A stretch of 64,000 nt of DNA from Bacteroidota bacterium (GTDB lineage Bacteria; Bacteroidota; Bacteroidia; Flavobacteriales_D; Crocinitomicaceae): positions 16,266 through 80,265 of the forward strand of contig VGMY01000008.1 in the NCBI GenBank assembly GCA_016866255.1, read 5' to 3'. A program made the translations under genes and the position numbers. Numbering within the stretch: position 1 is the stretch's first letter; each line of letters starts with the position of its first letter. The notes under the pieces are model-generated. The model worked only from the letters and a program-made list of their open reading frames with translations. It was not told the origin of the DNA and did not search any database. This document shows, in pieces, positions 52,501-61,538 of the stretch.

Positions 52501-53382
52501 TCGCCGGTTATCAGCTACGAGGAACAGCGCAACATCCTTTATCGCGGTAAAGCCTCTGTCACTAACGGGGTTTTTGAGTTCAGTTTTATCATTCCGAAAG
52601 ATATAGCGCTTGCGACCGCCAGAGGGAAACTGAGTTATTATGCGTATTCTTCGAATGTCGATGCCATTGGCGTCGATACTACTTTCGTAATCGGCGGAAT
52701 TAATCCTAGCGCGCCCTTGGACTCCTTGGGCCCTGAAATAGTGCCCTATTTAAACGATGATCAGTTTATTGACGGTGGTTTATCCGATGCTACTCCTGTG
52801 CTGTATTGTACGTTTTTCGATGAAAGTGGCATCAATACTGTGGGAAATGGCATTGGTCATGATATTACGGCAATTTTGGACGAAAATACCGCAGATCCCA
52901 TTGTTTTGAACGATTATTATACTTCTGAAATGGATACGTATCAGGAAGGCCGGTTGAAATACCTCTTTGCGGAAATCGCCCCAGGCAACCACAGGTTGAA
53001 AATTAAGGCTTGGGATGTTCACAACAACTCTTCGGAAGTGATGTTGAATTTCACCATTGAGGAAAAAACTGAGCCAAAAATTCAACGCCTCTACAATTAT
53101 CCAAATCCTTTCTCGAATTCAACGCAATTTTTACTAGAGCACAATCAATCATGCAGTAACCTGGACGTGCAAATTCAAATTTATACGATTGGAGGTAGAT
53201 TGGTTAAAACGCTGCAGGAGAGCGCTGTAACGACAGGGTTCACAATCCGAGGGATTTACTGGGATGGAAAAGACGACTTCGGGGATGCCTTGGCTAATGG
53301 TGTATATGTATACCGTTTAATCTATGAGAACGATAGCGGAAAACGGGCAGAAGAAATTCAGAAATTGGTAATTTTGAATTGA
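49543..53382 (+). CDS. porU: T9SS C-terminal signal peptidase PorU (peptidase C25-like)
   Basis: About 1279 aa with a signal peptide (MKLLSNFIAVFFFAELFFF) and a gingipain-like central region (DYLIVTH..., YVGHGGE). It sits directly upstream of porV and next to gldJ. The C-terminus resembles a CTD-like beta sandwich. Confidence 0.8.
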   Translation: MKLLSNFIAVFFFAELFFFSLPRFFSQNVDCKISWTPNVTLYKDGVAYSVPTIDHLTPSNGIPHFRRVEPLKSANFAARIELIKYEPVEPATLKYMESIGFLAPDKEAIEAIVTRSGTDPFLSIACQPYFRFGGVLQKITSFRVVLSPIPPKGFKKDFVANSVLAQGAWYKFSVNTDGVYRLDKAFLTSLGINTEGLNPNHIHVFGNGEGSLPELNATPYTDDLAQNSVQIVGGNDGNFDDGDYLLFYGFGPHQWYPNGNIEFEQRRNPYSDKSYYFVLISDVVIPKSITEVDWSSGSEQAQFTSYDFREVFENDLVSLVGGGKRWYGELFDIDLTQTFNFSIPSVEATTPLRFRVSMASNSLTGIGTAQKYSVGGTQLYQSTLPIAPYDYSRSVVNFTLSNPSANIPLQITVVRNSPSTLTRLDRILVNGRRGLNFLGNQFGFRNVTQTDSNQVVKYQIGAFPSSGFVWDISEKYNPKRVKGSMQGSNYHFWCTKVYREFVASNGSTFLSPNPIGAVPNQNLHSLAQIDYLIVTHPDFKQQAERLANLHRDQGLEVAVVDVNHVFNEFSSGAPDPTAIRKMAKMFYDRSLQNGSKMLRYLCLFGDGTYDPKDRVANNNNYLITYQVENSENHISALVTDDYFGMLDDNEALNDADLLDIGVGRILASTPEQAKEQVDKIEHYLLNGSNLFNAINANCCLDNNLGTTFGDWRTKIVQIADDEENGYFIKNDTEPQYKILKDNHRALNVDKLYMDSYPQQVSAGGQRYPEVFDAINDRITRGALVVNYVGHGGEVGLAEERVVTIPQIQSWQNINALTLFVSATCEFTKFDDPSRVSAGEWVALNPKGGAIALMTTTRSVFFGVNTSVGLAFFNQAFNREANGLPRRFGDIAKLTKNGALASENKRSFTLIGDPALRLALPHLSLVTDSINGMDVSYLDTLQALSKVTVKGHVADESGTLVSQFNGTIIPTMFDKVRQKQTLGQDPGSPVISYEEQRNILYRGKASVTNGVFEFSFIIPKDIALATARGKLSYYAYSSNVDAIGVDTTFVIGGINPSAPLDSLGPEIVPYLNDDQFIDGGLSDATPVLYCTFFDESGINTVGNGIGHDITAILDENTADPIVLNDYYTSEMDTYQEGRLKYLFAEIAPGNHRLKIKAWDVHNNSSEVMLNFTIEEKTEPKIQRLYNYPNPFSNSTQFLLEHNQSCSNLDVQIQIYTIGGRLVKTLQESAVTTGFTIRGIYWDGKDDFGDALANGVYVYRLIYENDSGKRAEEIQKLVILN

Positions 53383-53436
53383 AAAATACAATAATACAGT
53401 CAGCTTTGCGTATATTCGCACTTAGTTGTACGCGCT

Positions 53437-54684
53437 ATGCACAAAATTACCATTGGTCTTTTAACATTACTCCTCGTTAATCGTGTTTTTTCGCAGGCAG
53501 AATCGAACGATTTACAATTAAATACAATTACGACCGCTCTACCATTTATGGCCATAACCCCAGACTCAAGGGCTGGTGGAATGGGTGAGGCAGGCACAGC
53601 TTTGAGCCCAAGTGCCACATCGGTGTATTGGAATACTTCGATGTTGAGTTTTGCGGAAAAGTCTTCTGAAATCAGTTTATCGTACACTCCATGGTTACGT
53701 CAATTAACCAACGACATGCACCTCTCGTACCTCTCGGGTTACGTAAGGGTGAATAAAAAACATACCATTGCCGGTGCTATGCGCTATTTTAGCCTTGGGG
53801 AAATTACCTTTACAGACGCCTCTGGAAACGTGCTGCGAGATGATAAACCGAATGAATTCGAACTCACAGGTGGTTATGCGTTCAAATTATCGGAAAAATT
53901 CAGTGTCGGGGTGAACGGTAAGTTCGCCTACTCCAATTTAACCGGCGGTTTGACGGTAGCAGGTGTAATGACAAAACCGGGAATGGTTGGAGCTGCGGAT
54001 CTATCCTTTACCTATTTCAAAGATCGTGTCAAAATTGGAAAAACGAATGGTATTTACACCTTCGCTGCAACCATCAACAACATCGGAAACAAAGTAGCCT
54101 ATTCCGTGTTAGCAAAACGAGATTTCATACCGATGAACCTAAAAATAGGCAATGCTTTTCAAGCCAAATACGATGCTTACAACACCGTCACCTATTCATT
54201 AGACATTCAACGACTCTTGGTTCCAACTCCCGCCCTTTATGATAATGTCAATGGACAAGTCGTTATGCTATCTGGAAGAAGCAATGACGTAGGGGTGATC
54301 AATGGCATGTTGCAATCATTTTATGATGCTCCTGGTGTGGTAGCGAAGGATGAAAACGGTGATTATATTCAAAACGACGATGGAACTTACGAGATTGTCA
54401 AGGGGTCAAGATTTAAAGAAGAAATAACGGAAATCAACATTGCTGGAGGAGTAGAATGGTGGTACAACGAAACTTTTGCCATTCGCTCTGGTGTGTTTTA
54501 TGAAAACCGCAACAAAGGAAATCGTCAATACCTTAATTTGGGAGCAAGTTTGAAATATAACATGTTTTCCATCGACTTCTCTTATTTAGCCTCGTTGAAT
54601 GGTCGTCAAAATCCTTTGGCAAATACCCTTCGATTTACTCTTCGTTTGCATCTGGGCGATCGTCCGGTGAAATCTACGGAATAG
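53437..54684 (+). CDS. porV: T9SS outer-membrane shuttle protein PorV (LptO)
   Basis: NTITTALPFMAITPDSRAGGMGEAGTA signature and an outer-membrane beta-barrel pattern; 415 aa. Confidence 0.8.
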   Translation: MHKITIGLLTLLLVNRVFSQAESNDLQLNTITTALPFMAITPDSRAGGMGEAGTALSPSATSVYWNTSMLSFAEKSSEISLSYTPWLRQLTNDMHLSYLSGYVRVNKKHTIAGAMRYFSLGEITFTDASGNVLRDDKPNEFELTGGYAFKLSEKFSVGVNGKFAYSNLTGGLTVAGVMTKPGMVGAADLSFTYFKDRVKIGKTNGIYTFAATINNIGNKVAYSVLAKRDFIPMNLKIGNAFQAKYDAYNTVTYSLDIQRLLVPTPALYDNVNGQVVMLSGRSNDVGVINGMLQSFYDAPGVVAKDENGDYIQNDDGTYEIVKGSRFKEEITEINIAGGVEWWYNETFAIRSGVFYENRNKGNRQYLNLGASLKYNMFSIDFSYLASLNGRQNPLANTLRFTLRLHLGDRPVKSTE

Positions 54685-54687
54685 TAC

Positions 54688-55170
54688 ATGCAGCTCAGAA
54701 TAGGTTTTGGGGTTGACGTTCATCGATTGGTAGAAGGCCGACCTTTGATTGTTGGCGGGGTAACCGTTCCTTCTTCTTTTGGAGCTTATGGGCATTCGGA
54801 TGCAGACGTTCTGCTTCACGCTATTTGCGACGCGTTGTTGGGGGCATTAAATTTACGCGACATTGGATTTCATTTCTCCGACAACGATCCCGCATACAAA
54901 GGCATTGACTCCGGAATTTTACTCACGCACACCATGGCCATGGTATCGGAACGGGGATTTTCGGTAATTAACTTAGACTCTACCGTAATTTTAGAACAAC
55001 CGAAGCTAAATCCCCACATTCCGAAGATGCAGCAAATCGTTGCCGGAATTTTAAAAATCTCGAAAGAAAATATATCCATTAAAGCCACTACCCATGAGTC
55101 TGTTGACTCTTTCGGAACAGGGGCTGCAATCAAAGCTTACGCCACGGTGTTATTGCAGAAACTTGATTGA
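54688..55170 (+). CDS. ispF: 2-C-methyl-D-erythritol 2,4-cyclodiphosphate synthase
   Basis: RIGFGVDVHRL, GHSDADVLLHA and DIGFHFS motifs. Confidence 0.9.
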   Translation: MQLRIGFGVDVHRLVEGRPLIVGGVTVPSSFGAYGHSDADVLLHAICDALLGALNLRDIGFHFSDNDPAYKGIDSGILLTHTMAMVSERGFSVINLDSTVILEQPKLNPHIPKMQQIVAGILKISKENISIKATTHESVDSFGTGAAIKAYATVLLQKLD

Positions 55171-55183
55171 CCACAATTTTCCC

Positions 55184-55191
55184 TATCTTTG
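55184..55191 (+). promoter_or_regulatory. Candidate -7 box (TAtcTTTG) upstream of pyrR
   Basis: Exact TAnnTTTG match 6 nt upstream of ATG 55198. Confidence 0.3.
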
Positions 55192-55197
55192 TGTCGC

Positions 55198-55746
55198 ATG
55201 GATAAACAGGTCATCCTTGATCCGCAACAATTTGATTTAACCGTTACGCGGTTGTGCCATGAATTACTTGAACAGCACGATGATTTTTCAAATTCTGTTT
55301 TAATCGGTCTTCAGCCTCGTGGCATTCACTTGGTGGCTCGTATGGTAGAAAAATTGAATGGGATTTTATCCAAAAGCCCCTTGTGCGGTAACTTAGACAT
55401 CACTTTTCACCGCGATGATTTTCGCCGCAGGGAAATTCCATTAATTCCAAGCATAACGAACATCGATTTTTCGATAGAAAATAAAAAAGTGATTTTAGTG
55501 GACGATGTCCTCTACACAGGGAGGTCCATTCGCTCCGGTCTTGATGCGCTGCTTGCCTACGGTAGACCGAGTCAAGTACAGTTACTCGTGTTGATAGATC
55601 GTAGGTTCAAACGAGATCTTCCCATCCAGGCGGATTACATTGGTAAATCCGTAGATACATTAAACCATGAAAGAGTTCACGTGAACTGGAAAAACGTTGA
55701 AGGCGAGGATAAGGTAGAGTTATACATAAAACAGTCCCATGAATAA
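55198..55746 (+). CDS. pyrR: Bifunctional pyrimidine operon regulator / uracil phosphoribosyltransferase PyrR
   Basis: PRPP loop VILVDDVLYTGRSIR; about 180 aa. Overlaps pyrB by 8 nt. Confidence 0.85.
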   Translation: MDKQVILDPQQFDLTVTRLCHELLEQHDDFSNSVLIGLQPRGIHLVARMVEKLNGILSKSPLCGNLDITFHRDDFRRREIPLIPSITNIDFSIENKKVILVDDVLYTGRSIRSGLDALLAYGRPSQVQLLVLIDRRFKRDLPIQADYIGKSVDTLNHERVHVNWKNVEGEDKVELYIKQSHE

Positions 55747-56668
55747 TTTAAGTGTTCCACATTTATTGGGCATTCGAGACCTAACCTTAATGGATATTGA
55801 AACGGTTTTTAAAACAGCCGACTCGTTTAAAGAAGTAATCAACCGACCCATAAAGAAGGTTCCTTCTTTACGCGACATAACTTTGGCCAATGTTTTCTTC
55901 GAAAATTCAACTAGAACCCGTCTTTCTTTTGAGCTGGCTGCTAAACGGTTATCGGCAGACATGGTTAATTTTTCAGCTTCGAACAGTTCTGTTAAAAAAG
56001 GAGAAACGCTGATAGATTCGGTAAATAACATCCTGGCGATGAAGGTAGATATGGTGGTTTTAAGGCATGCTTCTCCCGGGGCGGCCTTGTTCCTTTCGCA
56101 ACATACCTCTGCCAAAATCATCAATGCGGGCGATGGTACGCATGAGCACCCCACACAAGCTCTACTTGATGCATTTTCAATTCGTGAAAAGTTAGGTTCT
56201 TTAAAAGGAAAAAAAGTTGCCATAATTGGGGATATTTTGCATTCTCGGGTAGCTTTATCCAACATCTATTGCCTCCAAAAATTGGGAGCTGAGGTTATGG
56301 TTTGCGGGCCGTCAACGTTGATTCCAAAACACGTTCATTTACTTAAGGTACATGTTTCGCATAATTTGAGGGAGGCTCTTCTGTGGTGCGACGTGGCGAA
56401 CATGCTACGTATTCAATTAGAGCGTCAGGAGGCCGAGTATTTTCCTAGCCTAAGGGATTATACGCTGCATTTTGGACTCAACCGGGCGCTTATGGATTCA
56501 TTGCAAAAAGAAATCCTCGTTATGCACCCCGGACCAATCAACCGAGGAGTTGAAATAACCTCAGAAGTCGCAGAAGGCCCCAATAGCATAATTTTGAATC
56601 AGGTGGAAAACGGAGTAGCAATCAGGATGGCTGTAATTTATTTATTGGCCTCCGACATCGAACGCTAA
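55739..56668 (+). CDS. pyrB: Aspartate carbamoyltransferase catalytic subunit
   Basis: FFENSTRTRLSFE, HPTQALLD and HPGP motifs. Confidence 0.9.
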   Translation: MNNLSVPHLLGIRDLTLMDIETVFKTADSFKEVINRPIKKVPSLRDITLANVFFENSTRTRLSFELAAKRLSADMVNFSASNSSVKKGETLIDSVNNILAMKVDMVVLRHASPGAALFLSQHTSAKIINAGDGTHEHPTQALLDAFSIREKLGSLKGKKVAIIGDILHSRVALSNIYCLQKLGAEVMVCGPSTLIPKHVHLLKVHVSHNLREALLWCDVANMLRIQLERQEAEYFPSLRDYTLHFGLNRALMDSLQKEILVMHPGPINRGVEITSEVAEGPNSIILNQVENGVAIRMAVIYLLASDIER

Positions 56669-56696
56669 TTTTGGTATATTTGGTGAAATTCCTAGC

Positions 56697-57035
56697 ATGA
56701 ATTTTAAAACAGAAGTCAAAAATAACCGACTGATTGTAAATGTTCTTGCCGAACGACTTGATACACTCTCTGCTCCGGAGCTAAAGAGCATTTTTACCTT
56801 TGAACAGAAGAAAGGGCATAATAAAATTATTCTTAATCTTGGGAAAACCAAGTTTTGCGATTCCTCAGGCTTGAGCGCAATACTTGTAGGAAACCGTCTG
56901 TGCAAAGACACTAATGGCCTGTTTGCCCTTGCTCAGGTTCAAAGTATGGTGCTTAAAATGATAGAAATAGCTCAATTATCGACGGTTCTAAAAATATACC
57001 CAAACGTAGAGGAGGCCTTAAGAGACTTTGAATAA
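56697..57035 (+). CDS. STAS domain protein (anti-sigma factor antagonist-like)
   Basis: 112 aa with the CDSSGLSAIL motif typical of SpoIIAA/STAS. Confidence 0.65.
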   Translation: MNFKTEVKNNRLIVNVLAERLDTLSAPELKSIFTFEQKKGHNKIILNLGKTKFCDSSGLSAILVGNRLCKDTNGLFALAQVQSMVLKMIEIAQLSTVLKIYPNVEEALRDFE

Positions 57036-57945
57036 CTTTTCAGTTCACATATTAGGAAGTTCTGCGGCAATTCCTAGCGTAAACCGTTCCTGCTCCGGAC
57101 ATTTTGTAAGCTGCAATAACCGTAATATTTTAATCGACTGCGGTGAAGGAACTCAATTGCAATTGCGTCGGTTTAACCTCCCAATTCAACGCATCAACAC
57201 CATTTTGATTTCTCACCTGCACGGAGATCACTTTTACGGATTACCAGGACTGCTGGGAACCATGAGTTTGCTCGGACGCACCTCGGGAATCGAGGTTTTC
57301 GGTCCGGCTGAATTAGAAAATATTCTTGAAGTAATTTTTAAATCGGGTCAAACCCGACTGAATTTTCCATTTACATTTCACCCGATTGATTGCACTGCAA
57401 AGCACATCATTTTTGAAGATGCTGGAATCAAAATCCATGCTTTTCCGTTGCGTCACCGCATCACAACTTTTGGCTTCAGCATAGAGGAAAAACATCAAAG
57501 ATTTTCTTTGGATAAAAAAAAATTGGAGGAGTTTAACATATCCAACGAGCAACGCAAACTATTGGCAAGGGGGGGGGATTTTCAGCGAATTGATGGAACG
57601 TGGATTCGGTATAACGATTTTGCCGGCCCAAAACGCCCCGTAAGAGTCTACTCGTATTGTTCCGACACCATGCCTTTTCAAGCCCTCGATGAATATTTGC
57701 AAGGTACAACGACGCTGTATCACGAGGCGACGTTCATGCAAGACCAGAAAAAAAGAGCTGTTGAAACCTTTCACTCGACGGCAGAGGATGCGGCCCAACA
57801 AGCCCTAAGGTCAGGAATAAATCTTTTGTTAATTGGCCATTTTTCCTCTCGATATCAAGAAATAGAGGGTTTTGAGAATGAAGCGCGGCAAATATTCGTT
57901 CCGACATCGGCGGTAAAAGACGGGGATTGTTTTCAGGTGCGGTAG
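57028..57945 (+). CDS. rnz: Ribonuclease Z
   Basis: Metallo-beta-lactamase motif SHLHGDH; 305 aa. Confidence 0.85.
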   Translation: MNNFSVHILGSSAAIPSVNRSCSGHFVSCNNRNILIDCGEGTQLQLRRFNLPIQRINTILISHLHGDHFYGLPGLLGTMSLLGRTSGIEVFGPAELENILEVIFKSGQTRLNFPFTFHPIDCTAKHIIFEDAGIKIHAFPLRHRITTFGFSIEEKHQRFSLDKKKLEEFNISNEQRKLLARGGDFQRIDGTWIRYNDFAGPKRPVRVYSYCSDTMPFQALDEYLQGTTTLYHEATFMQDQKKRAVETFHSTAEDAAQQALRSGINLLLIGHFSSRYQEIEGFENEARQIFVPTSAVKDGDCFQVR

Positions 57946-58102
57946 AAAGAATCGCTACGGAAGGTGCGCGGATGCAATTTTTTTCTCAAAGAAACGTACT
58001 TATTTCTAATGTTGCTCATCAATGATCATGCAGCGATCCTGTTGGTCTTTGAATTTGAGGAATTGCCGTAAACTAGTTTAAGTCTTTAAATTTTGTTGAA
58101 CT

Positions 58103-58465
58103 ATGTGTAAGCGAAAATGCTTAGAATGTTCGGAGCCGTTACTTGGAAGAAAAGATCAAAAATTTTGCTCGGATTATTGTCGTAATGCCTTTAATAATCG
58201 CCTAAACGAGGATTGCAATGAAGTAGTTCGAAAGGTTAATAGAATCCTCAGAAAGAACCGAAGAATTCTATCAGAATTACTGGATAAAAAGCAGAAAGCA
58301 TGTTCCCTAAATGCCCTAATGGAATACGGATTCAATATGAATTATCACACGGGAATCTATCAAACAAAAAAAGGGGATGTTTATGTGTTTTGTTACGATC
58401 TAGGCTATTTGAAACAAGAAAATAACCGCTGCGTCTTGGTAGAGAAATCGAGTTACCTGTTTTGA
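58103..58465 (+). CDS. Hypothetical protein with an N-terminal zinc-ribbon-like Cys cluster
   Basis: CKRKCLECSEPLLGRKDQKFCSDYCRNAFNN (CxxxCxxC...CxxxC); 120 aa. Confidence 0.55.
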   Translation: MCKRKCLECSEPLLGRKDQKFCSDYCRNAFNNRLNEDCNEVVRKVNRILRKNRRILSELLDKKQKACSLNALMEYGFNMNYHTGIYQTKKGDVYVFCYDLGYLKQENNRCVLVEKSSYLF

Positions 58466-58466
58466 T

Positions 58467-58766
58467 TTACGGATTGTGCTTACCCTTTACCTTGCTAACT
58501 CGAAAGTAGTCGCTGTCTCTTTTAGGAGCATTTTTAAGCGCTTCGTCTTTGCTGATTTCTAAGAGCACTTCATCCTTTCTCAGAAAATTTACCTCCTCTG
58601 ACATAAAAATCAAGGGCTCCACTTCCTGGGTATCAACGGCATTCAGTTGATTTAAAAATTCGATGATTTTACGCAAATCATTTTTTAAATTTTCCCGCTC
58701 ACTCCCTTCAAATTTTAAGCGAGATAAATGACTTAAATGGTCGATTAAGGCATCGTCAATCTTCAT
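58467..58766 (-). CDS. gatC: Asp-tRNA(Asn)/Glu-tRNA(Gln) amidotransferase subunit C
   Basis: 99 aa; LSRLKF...LNQLNAVDT...PLIFMSE pattern. Confidence 0.8.
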   Translation of the reverse strand: MKIDDALIDHLSHLSRLKFEGSERENLKNDLRKIIEFLNQLNAVDTQEVEPLIFMSEEVNFLRKDEVLLEISKDEALKNAPKRDSDYFRVSKVKGKHNP

Positions 58767-58798
58767 GGAGTAAAATTACAAAAGTTTTTTCAACGATT

Positions 58799-59545
58799 TC
58801 AGGACTTCAATGGCTTCTCGATCGTTGAGAAACATTGCTCTCGCAGTTCATTTTCCGACATGGCCTTCACCTCATCAACCGAAATAATGGGGTGTATGTG
58901 AACAACGGCCAAACCCGGACGGGCAGGGCCAAGCCACATTGTCGGTTCCGAAAAGAGCAGGTAATTATTCATAAAAGTTAAGGGAAGAATGGGAGCTTCG
59001 AGTTGTTTGGCCAATTTGAACGCACCTGATTTAAAAGGAAGCATTTGGGGTAAATTTTCAGTTGGAAAAGTAGCTTCCGGAAATATGGCGAGTGCGTAGC
59101 CATCGCGGTATGCCTGTAAAGCTCCCATGAAGGCGCGCGTCGATCTGCTTTTACTGGATCGATCCACGGGAACATTCATGTTTTTAAAATAGGTGCTCAC
59201 GAGCGGATAACTTAAGATTTCGCTTTTACCCAAAAACATAAAGGGGTATTGGGGTAAAAGGGAATACATAAAGAAAATGTCTAAATAGGAAGTGTGGTTT
59301 GCCACAATGATGTAAGGACCTTCAGGCATTGGGGCATGAAGGATTTTTCGTAGGGGGTAAAAACAGCATATTCGAAAAAGATAACTCCACAAAATAAAAA
59401 TGTTAAAGCTCTGAGGTTTGGTTTTTTTAAAGGAAACGGTGATTTGAAATATGGGATATAAAACGATGGCCCAAAAAAAGAATACCACAGCGATGTAAAA
59501 TTTCCAAAGAAGGGATAAGGAACCCGTTAAGTAACGCATTTTCAA
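58799..59545 (-). CDS. plsC: 1-acyl-sn-glycerol-3-phosphate acyltransferase
   Basis: ANHTSYLD (HX4D) and IFPEATF motifs, with an N-terminal TM helix. Confidence 0.75.
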   Translation of the reverse strand: MKMRYLTGSLSLLWKFYIAVVFFFWAIVLYPIFQITVSFKKTKPQSFNIFILWSYLFRICCFYPLRKILHAPMPEGPYIIVANHTSYLDIFFMYSLLPQYPFMFLGKSEILSYPLVSTYFKNMNVPVDRSSKSRSTRAFMGALQAYRDGYALAIFPEATFPTENLPQMLPFKSGAFKLAKQLEAPILPLTFMNNYLLFSEPTMWLGPARPGLAVVHIHPIISVDEVKAMSENELREQCFSTIEKPLKS

Positions 59546-59584
59546 ATTTAATCAATTCCGTGGGGTCATTAAGTCGAAGATTAC

Positions 59585-59592
59585 TATTTTTG
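59585..59592 (+). promoter_or_regulatory. Candidate -7 box (TAttTTTG) upstream of trpS
   Basis: Exact TAnnTTTG match 14 nt upstream of ATG 59607. Confidence 0.3.
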
Positions 59593-59606
59593 CCTATGCA
59601 TTTATC

Positions 59607-60581
59607 ATGCCTAGAATATTAACCGGCATTCAGAGTACAGGTACGCCGCATTTGGGTAATATCTTAGGCGCCATCCTTCCCGCAATTGAACTTTCTAAGG
59701 TGTCAACTAACGACGCTTATTATTTTATAGCAGATCTTCATGCACTGACCCAAATTAAAGATGCTCAGGCGCTTCGCGTTAATACGTATTCCACAGCCGC
59801 CGCGTGGCTTGCGTGCGGTTTGGATACGGAAAAGGCGGCATTTTATCGACAAAGCGATGTTCCCCAAGTAACAGAACTCATGTGGTATCTCCTTGCGTTC
59901 TTTCCCTATCAACGGCTAACCTTAGCTCACAGTTTTAAGGATAAGGCAGATCGTTTAGAGGACGTTAATGGTGGACTTTTTACCTATCCAATGCTCATGG
60001 CTGCCGATATTTTATTGTACGATGCCGAGTGCGTTCCGGTAGGGAAGGATCAATTGCAACACCTTGAATTTACCCGAGATGTGGCCTCAAGATTTAATGC
60101 AAAGATGGGCGAGGTTTTTGTTTTACCCGAGGAAAAAATAGATGAATCGGTGATGCTCATTCCAGGGACCGATGGTTTTAAGATGAGTAAATCGCGCGAC
60201 AATATCTTAGATATTTTTCAAGATGAAAAAATGTTGAGAAAGCGCATCATGGGTATTGCTTCCGACAGCACTTCCCTGGAGTCACCGAAAAATCCCGATA
60301 CTTGCCATATTTTTGCCTTATATGCTCTCCTTGCTGAACAAAATGATGTGTTAAAAATGCGCCAGAATTATCTTGCAGGTGGCTATGGTTATGGCCATGC
60401 AAAACAAGCCTTGCTTGAGTTGATTTTAACCAAATTCCAAAAAGAACGCGAAACCTTTAATTATTTCATGGATCATACTGAAGAATTGGAAGAGGTCCTT
60501 GTCAAGGGAGCGCGGAAAGCCACAGTCGTTGCTGAAAAGGTATTGCAACGGGTTCGAGAAAGTTTCAGATTCACGCAATAA
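59607..60581 (+). CDS. trpS: Tryptophan--tRNA ligase
   Basis: GIQSTGTPHLGN (HIGH-like) and KMSKS motifs; 324 aa. Confidence 0.9.
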   Translation: MPRILTGIQSTGTPHLGNILGAILPAIELSKVSTNDAYYFIADLHALTQIKDAQALRVNTYSTAAAWLACGLDTEKAAFYRQSDVPQVTELMWYLLAFFPYQRLTLAHSFKDKADRLEDVNGGLFTYPMLMAADILLYDAECVPVGKDQLQHLEFTRDVASRFNAKMGEVFVLPEEKIDESVMLIPGTDGFKMSKSRDNILDIFQDEKMLRKRIMGIASDSTSLESPKNPDTCHIFALYALLAEQNDVLKMRQNYLAGGYGYGHAKQALLELILTKFQKERETFNYFMDHTEELEEVLVKGARKATVVAEKVLQRVRESFRFTQ

Positions 60582-60668
60582 TCACTTTTTTTATTTTTTT
60601 TCGAGAGCAAACGCTAACCTTTTTGATGTTTGTGCGTTAAGAGGCATAGGACTAACAAAAATCAAAGT

Positions 60669-61538
60669 ATGAGGCAACTAAAAATTGCAAAACAGGTTAC
60701 GAATCGGGAGACAGCCTCCCTCGACAAATACCTTCAAGAAATTGGTAGGGTGGAGTTAATTACTGCCGATGAGGAAGTTGAGTTGGCAAGAAAAATTAGA
60801 GAGGGTGACCGCGTTGCATTGGAACGCCTAACCAAGGCAAACTTACGTTTCGTGGTTTCCGTTTCCAAGCAATATCAAAACCAAGGTCTTGCACTGCCGG
60901 ACTTAATCAACGAAGGAAATTTAGGATTGATTAAAGCTGCTGAGCGATTTGATGAAACCCGGGGCTTTAAATTCATATCCTATGCCGTTTGGTGGATTCG
61001 TCAATCTATTTTACAAGCGTTGGCAGAGCAAGCAAGAATCGTACGATTACCCCTTAATAAAATTGGGAATATCAATAAAATTAACCGTGCATTTTCGGAA
61101 TTAGAGCAAAAATATGAGAGGCCACCTTCGGCGGAGGAATTGGCAGAATTCCTTAATTGCAGTATGGATGAAGTCAAACAATCACTGGCCCAAAACGGTA
61201 GGCACGTATCTATGGATGCTCCCTTAGTTGAAGGGGATGAATCTTCCTCTAACATGTACGACGTGTTGAGTGGCGAGGGCATGATTACCCCTGAAACAAA
61301 CCTAACGATGGAGTCCCTTCGTACCGATATCAAGCAATCTTTACTAACGCTTACGCCGCGTGAAAGTGAGGTAATATGTATGTTTTATGGACTTGACGGT
61401 AAACCAGCCATGTCGTTAGAGGAAATTGGAAGTAAATTCGATTTAACCCGAGAGCGCGTTCGTCAAATTAAAGAAAAGGCAATACGCCGCTTAAAACATA
61501 CGTCGAAGAATAAAGCGTTAAAAACCTATTTAGGTTAA
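60669..61538 (+). CDS. rpoD: RNA polymerase primary sigma factor (sigma-70 family)
   Basis: Start at ATG 60669 (MRQLKIAKQ); the track start is a TTG. Region 2 [12 protein letters not shown]...[13 protein letters not shown] and region 4 [17 protein letters not shown]. Confidence 0.9.
   Translation: MRQLKIAKQVTNRETASLDKYLQEIGRVELITADEEVELARKIREGDRVALERLTKANLRFVVSVSKQYQNQGLALPDLINEGNLGLIKAAERFDETRGFKFISYAVWWIRQSILQALAEQARIVRLPLNKIGNINKINRAFSELEQKYERPPSAEELAEFLNCSMDEVKQSLAQNGRHVSMDAPLVEGDESSSNMYDVLSGEGMITPETNLTMESLRTDIKQSLLTLTPRESEVICMFYGLDGKPAMSLEEIGSKFDLTRERVRQIKEKAIRRLKHTSKNKALKTYLG

Noticed and set aside
55171-55197. PyrR-binding attenuator RNA upstream of pyrR-pyrB
   Set aside because: The leader is only about 27 nt, and I could not find the Bacillus-type ARUCCAGAGAGGYU binding loop. 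Only a -7 box is visible.
57946-58102. 157-nt intergenic region after rnz, containing the 8-nt palindrome ATGATCAT and weak stems
   Set aside because: Only 4-bp stems and a single short palindrome are present. This is not enough to call a terminator, riboswitch or operator.
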